Below are positions 61,401 to 64,000 of a stretch of DNA of 64,000 nucleotides, one piece after another. The stretch lies in NCBI GenBank assembly GCA_035593605.1, contig DAOSWS010000016.1:18672-82671 (forward strand), in the 5' to 3' direction. The translations under genes and the position numbers were made by a program. Every line of letters begins with the position of its first letter. Position 1 is the first letter of the stretch. Source of the DNA: Thermoanaerobaculia bacterium. Its GTDB lineage: Bacteria > Acidobacteriota > Thermoanaerobaculia > UBA2201 > DAOSWS01. The notes beneath the pieces were generated by a model. It saw nothing but the letters and a program-made list of their open reading frames with translations. It did not search any database and was not told the origin of the DNA.

Positions 61401-64000
61401 CCAATCGGGTGAAGGACGAGCCTTCGCGTACTACGGTTCAGCGCTGGGACTCTCCGGCTCTCCCGCCTGGACAAAGGAATCCAACCTTGTGAATGGAATG
61501 TTCGGACAATCGGTATCCACCGCCGGCGACGTGAACGGGGACGGATATTCCGACGTACTGATCGGGATTCCGGGCTACACCAACATTGAAACCGGCGAGG
61601 GGAAGGCCGAGCTCTACCTCGGATCCTCTCTGGGACTTGGATCCACGGCCGCATGGAGCATCGAAAGCAACCAGCAGGACGCCGGTCTGGGCTCGGCGGT
61701 ATCCCTGGCGGGCGATGTGAACGGAGACGGATACTCGGACATTCTGGTCGGTGTGCCCTGGTTTGATGATACCCTGCAGGACGAGGGGCGGGCAGGCGTT
61801 TACTACGGGAACTGCTGTTCATCCAAACCCCTTCGGCCCCGTCAGTACCGCAGCGACAACACTGCATCCGTGGCGGTTCTGGGAGCCTCCGACGGCATCA
61901 ACTCCTTCCGTCTTCTCACCCTCGGACGAAGCCCCTTTGGACGCGGCCGGCTCAAGCTGGAGTGGGACGTGAAACCCTTCGGAACCCCACTCGATGCATC
62001 CACAGCGGACCGGGCCCCTTCATGGACCGGGTCGGGAGTGTCCGGGACGACGTTGAACCAGACCGTAAGCGGATTGACGGAAAACACCCTCTATCACTGG
62101 CGGACCCGGGTTCTCTATCACCGGGCGACCTATCCCTACCAGGCCCACGGCCCCTGGATGACGATCCCCATGAACGGCAGGGAGGAAGCCGACATCCGCC
62201 TGATTATCGATACGGACGGGGACTCGGTACCCGACTCTGCGGACAACTGCCCGGATGATTTCAACCCGTACCAGGAAGACGGGGACAGGGATGGGATCGG
62301 AGACGCCTGCGCCGTGACCAATGTTTCGATTGACAAGACCGACCTGGACGATCCCGTTATCCTGGGCGATCCGTTGACCTACCTTCTCACAGTTTCCAAC
62401 CTGGGCCCTCTCCAGGCCAACCATGTCACGCTCACCGATTTCCTCCCCTCCGATTTCCTGCAGACCTGGACCGATGACGACATCTCCATCGATGAATTCG
62501 GGGGCGGTGCCGGGGACCAGGTTCAGTGGGACTACGGGAACGGGTGGATTGAACTGCCGGAGAACTCGGACACCGAACGCCAGCTTCTGGAAGACGCCAT
62601 TCCTTCGGGCTGGATCGACATGACGGGGAATGTCCTCCTCTACCATATGGAAAATGACTGGAGCGATTCGAGCGGCCAGGGCCACTCCGGGACGGCCGTG
62701 GGAGGAACAATCTTTACCTCGTCATCGCAGGTAGGAACGGGGGCGGGGCTCTTCGACGGTGTGGACGACCGGGTGGACTGCTCCTACTTTGACATCGGGA
62801 ACACCTTCACGATTGCCCTGTGGGTCGATATTGAAAATACGGGTAAAGAACAGGCCCTGGTCGGGAAGCACGACGCCGCGGGTGGAAACCAGGTTCTCAT
62901 GGGCCTCTACAATGGCGGATACCATGTCCGGATTCGAACAGAGACTTATGAGGATGGCGCGATCCAGTCCGGGTGGCAGTACCTGGCCGTCGTCGGCAAT
63001 CAGCAGGGTTCCTCCACAAACGTGACGTTCTACCGCAACGGAATTCCGTTGTGGACCCACACCCTGGCCTCCACCGTGGGGGACATCTCCGGCGGTCTGG
63101 CCTGGACGCTGGGGCAGGACTGGGACTCCGGCCCCGCCACCAGCGATTTCTTCGACGGTTCCATGGACGAGCTGGCCATCTGGAGCCGGGCACTGAGCCT
63201 TGCGGAAATTCAGGAAATCTTTCGTCGGCAGGCCCCCCTTTACGGCTCCTTCTGGTCGACGATCAAGGATATCCAGCAGGACGTCACCCTGCACGATCTC
63301 GCATGGGTTCCCTCACAACCTGCATACAAGGAACTCCCGGATAACGAGGAAACGGAGACAGGATATCCCCGGGGAAACCTGGACATGACCGGGAACACCC
63401 TCCTCTTCCATTTGAATGAAGCTTCGGGCAATATCGGAGACTCGTCCGGAAACGGGCATGTAGGAATCCCCCGGAACGGGGTGACCTATGGAGCGGAGGG
63501 CAAGCTCAACCGGGCCCTGCAGTTCAACGGAACCACTTCCTACGTCGAAACGGAATATGCGGCCGACCTCAACCCTTCCCAGTTCACCCTTTCCCTCTGG
63601 GCCATGGTCACGGGAGGCGCGGGGACTTACCGTTCCATCCTGACGTCCCGCGGCACGTACGAGGGATACATGCTCTATGCGGGAACGGATGACGCATGGT
63701 CTGCGTGGATTGGAAACGGGAGCGGATGGGTGCAGGTCAAGGGATCTCCCGTCATGGAGAATCGGTGGACCCACCTAGGCGTCACCTACGATGGAACCAC
63801 ACTGAGATTCTTCCAGGACGGAGTCCAGGTAAACCAGGCCACTTCAGCCTTTGACCCGAATCCTTCCTATCCGCTGAGGATCGGGGCCGGGGCCACGGAA
63901 GGCGCACCGCAATTCTACCTGCCCGGCCTGGTCGACGAGGTGGCCCTCTTCTCCCATGCCCTCTCTCCCGACGAAATGACGACCCTCTATGAAAGAGGGG
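58486..64000 (+). CDS. giant secreted FG-GAP repeat / TSP3 / DUF11-like / LamG multi-domain protein, N-terminal >=1838 codons (runs off the right edge)
   Basis: Absent from ORF track. ATG 58486 lies 4 nt after GGAGG (58477..58481). I translated frame 1 through to 63999 without meeting a stop. All track ORFs in this interval are in other frames or antisense. Signal peptide MKQSILLALLSILSIPLLSSGLYA. Domain evidence is under findings. Confidence 0.9.
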   Translation, partial: MKQSILLALLSILSIPLLSSGLYAGETPTSLSGISLSQSNESLDTWWNEVQGNLSEEEYSISWQEETSLPESPGIWQAPNRAQNLRVFFSNRGYQIVPREETPPSWMWGLSIETWGRVSSVRPVEGENAEVRGNSITCFHRDLRETFQNTPEGIQHRISIPVQPDRPSLDGDNLVINFSVVGTLHPEIQERSRTVELSIPGGKAVLRYTITGVTDSAGISLPAYLEGRTEHGTPILRLVVMDQDAEYPIEIDGLTNTSVWSVSGVNPNEWLGYSVKVAGDVNGDGYDDVIVGIPQQNSCRGKVNVYYGSPSGLSTSPNWTTTGAMVDAYYGFSVSTAGDVNGDGYSDVIIGSAEYSNGQSREGAAYVFHGSSSGLATTPAWMKESNIADAYYGFSVSTAGDINGDGYGDVIVGAPRVTDSTQWQGQVWVYHGSSSGLSTTPAWTKMGGSYMVQYGYSVSTAGDVNGDGYGDVVIGGPFYDYDPLYSRGRAYFYRGSSSGLESSASWYIEGYHLHGEVGFSVSTAGDVNGDGYADLLIGIRNHGFHGVAEVYFGSSSGPSSSPSWSYSYGNSSSLGTSVSTAGDINGDGYADIIVGDPTYDGWNGRTYVFTGSATGPSSNPSWIKISNEGYGYFGFSVSTAGDTNGDGFSEIIIGAYGWNTSEYGDEGMAFVYNGGSNGLSTQPQWEQNGANVFSLFGFSVSDAGDVNGDGYGDVLVGAPEYDNGEANEGRALLYQGTSSGLSTTYSWSGEGNQENARFGYSVSGAGDTNGDGYGDVVIGAPGYSSEGSETGRVFIYNGTSSGLVSAPTLAIDGSSPDAMFGYSVSEAGDVNGDGMGDILVGSPYYDGGLTQRGLVQAYAGSANGVSSTPLWSSIGENSFAYFGISVTGAGDVNGDGYSDVLIGSSGFSGGEVSEGKAYLYQGSVSGPSSAPAWTQESNQADARFGISVSRAGDVNGDGFGDILIGADHYENGQSGEGRAFAYYGSALGLSGSPAWTKESNLVNGMFGQSVSTAGDVNGDGYSDVLIGIPGYTNIETGEGKAELYLGSSLGLGSTAAWSIESNQQDAGLGSAVSLAGDVNGDGYSDILVGVPWFDDTLQDEGRAGVYYGNCCSSKPLRPRQYRSDNTASVAVLGASDGINSFRLLTLGRSPFGRGRLKLEWDVKPFGTPLDASTADRAPSWTGSGVSGTTLNQTVSGLTENTLYHWRTRVLYHRATYPYQAHGPWMTIPMNGREEADIRLIIDTDGDSVPDSADNCPDDFNPYQEDGDRDGIGDACAVTNVSIDKTDLDDPVILGDPLTYLLTVSNLGPLQANHVTLTDFLPSDFLQTWTDDDISIDEFGGGAGDQVQWDYGNGWIELPENSDTERQLLEDAIPSGWIDMTGNVLLYHMENDWSDSSGQGHSGTAVGGTIFTSSSQVGTGAGLFDGVDDRVDCSYFDIGNTFTIALWVDIENTGKEQALVGKHDAAGGNQVLMGLYNGGYHVRIRTETYEDGAIQSGWQYLAVVGNQQGSSTNVTFYRNGIPLWTHTLASTVGDISGGLAWTLGQDWDSGPATSDFFDGSMDELAIWSRALSLAEIQEIFRRQAPLYGSFWSTIKDIQQDVTLHDLAWVPSQPAYKELPDNEETETGYPRGNLDMTGNTLLFHLNEASGNIGDSSGNGHVGIPRNGVTYGAEGKLNRALQFNGTTSYVETEYAADLNPSQFTLSLWAMVTGGAGTYRSILTSRGTYEGYMLYAGTDDAWSAWIGNGSGWVQVKGSPVMENRWTHLGVTYDGTTLRFFQDGVQVNQATSAFDPNPSYPLRIGAGATEGAPQFYLPGLVDEVALFSHALSPDEMTTLYERG
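59290..61812 (+). repeat. 14 tandem FG-GAP repeats (coding), period about 184 nt
   Basis: The GD(V/I/T)NGDG(Y/F/M) cores start at 59320 (first) and 61711 (14th). DNA core GGnGAyGTsAAyGGnGAyGG recurs. Confidence 0.85.
62209..62310 (+). other. thrombospondin type-3-like calcium-binding repeat within the giant gene
   Basis: DTDGDSVPDSADNCPDDFNPYQEDGDRDGIGDAC. Confidence 0.75.
62629..63222 (+). other. LamG/concanavalin-A-like lectin domain 1 within the giant gene
   Basis: NVLLYHMEND..GLFDGVDDRVD..FTIALWV..FDGSMDELAIWSRALSLAEIQEIF, the Laminin_G_3-type pattern. Confidence 0.7.
63394..64000 (+). other. LamG/concanavalin-A-like lectin domain 2 within the giant gene (ends at window edge)
   Basis: NTLLFHLNEASGN..ALQFNGTTSYVE..FTLSLWA..WTHLGVTYDGTTLRFFQDG..LVDEVALFSHALSPDEMTTLYERG. 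Confidence 0.7.

Noticed and set aside
59290-61812. Regular ~184-nt repeats that could be mistaken for a CRISPR-like or satellite array
   Set aside because: The repeats are in-frame coding FG-GAP units within one open reading frame. The period is far longer than CRISPR repeat-spacer units and no cas genes are present.
61205-63294. Arg/Pro-rich minus-strand track ORFs (61205..61867, 62020..62685, 62722..63294)
   Set aside because: They are antisense shadows of the giant plus-strand gene, with biased low-complexity composition and no motifs.

Overview
This window is a densely coding chromosomal segment of about 57 CDS and 1 tRNA from a diderm bacterium of moderate-to-high GC. The phylum cannot be fixed from the sequence. 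The CarboxypepD_reg-type TonB-dependent receptor, the FecR/W-rich protein, the giant FG-GAP protein and KorDABC hint at an Acidobacteriota-like or candidate-phylum organism (low confidence).

Content, left to right:
- acpS (partial) and a thiD-like gene
- a zinc-ribbon/WD40 Ser/Thr kinase
- an Fe-S operon (NifS-like, IscU-like, SufS)
- kdsB-pyrG-kdsA-kdsD and a short Omp85
- a PhnP-like MBL coupled to a 611-aa unknown, then a second MBL
- a RodZ-like/unknown/PP2C operon
- an O-antigen-ligase-TPR fusion
- a PilZ-cupin-PagL-like-XerD chain
- P-loop NTPase-korDABC-Zn-ribbon-ferredoxin
- CIRCE-groESL and polA
- a TPR/TonB_C protein, an M16 peptidase pair and a PAP2_C protein
- TetR plus a tripartite RND efflux operon
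- tRNA-Gln
- an RsbW/RsbV-like pair, a FecR-like S/T-rich protein and a Cys phosphatase
- HExxH peptidase-ftsEX, pgeF, a TonB-dependent receptor and a Spy-like chaperone
- a giant secreted gene that runs off the right edge

Two edge-truncated genes are absent from the supplied ORF track and were found by reading the sequence. They are acpS (1..285, minus) and a >=1838-codon FG-GAP/TSP3/LamG gene (58486..64000, plus). The track uses ATG/GTG/TTG starts and longest-ORF logic, so several N-termini were trimmed. Many long antisense shadow ORFs were rejected.

I saw no CRISPR array, IS element, prophage or recognisable defence system. The best candidates for something undescribed are:
- the giant adhesin-like gene
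- the 611-aa unknown coupled to an MBL phosphodiesterase
- the sigma-less partner-switching/FecR-like/Cys-phosphatase cluster
- the HExxH peptidase overlapping ftsE
- the repeat structure around tRNA-Gln that brackets the RND cassette

All family calls are by-eye motif recognition. No searches were run.
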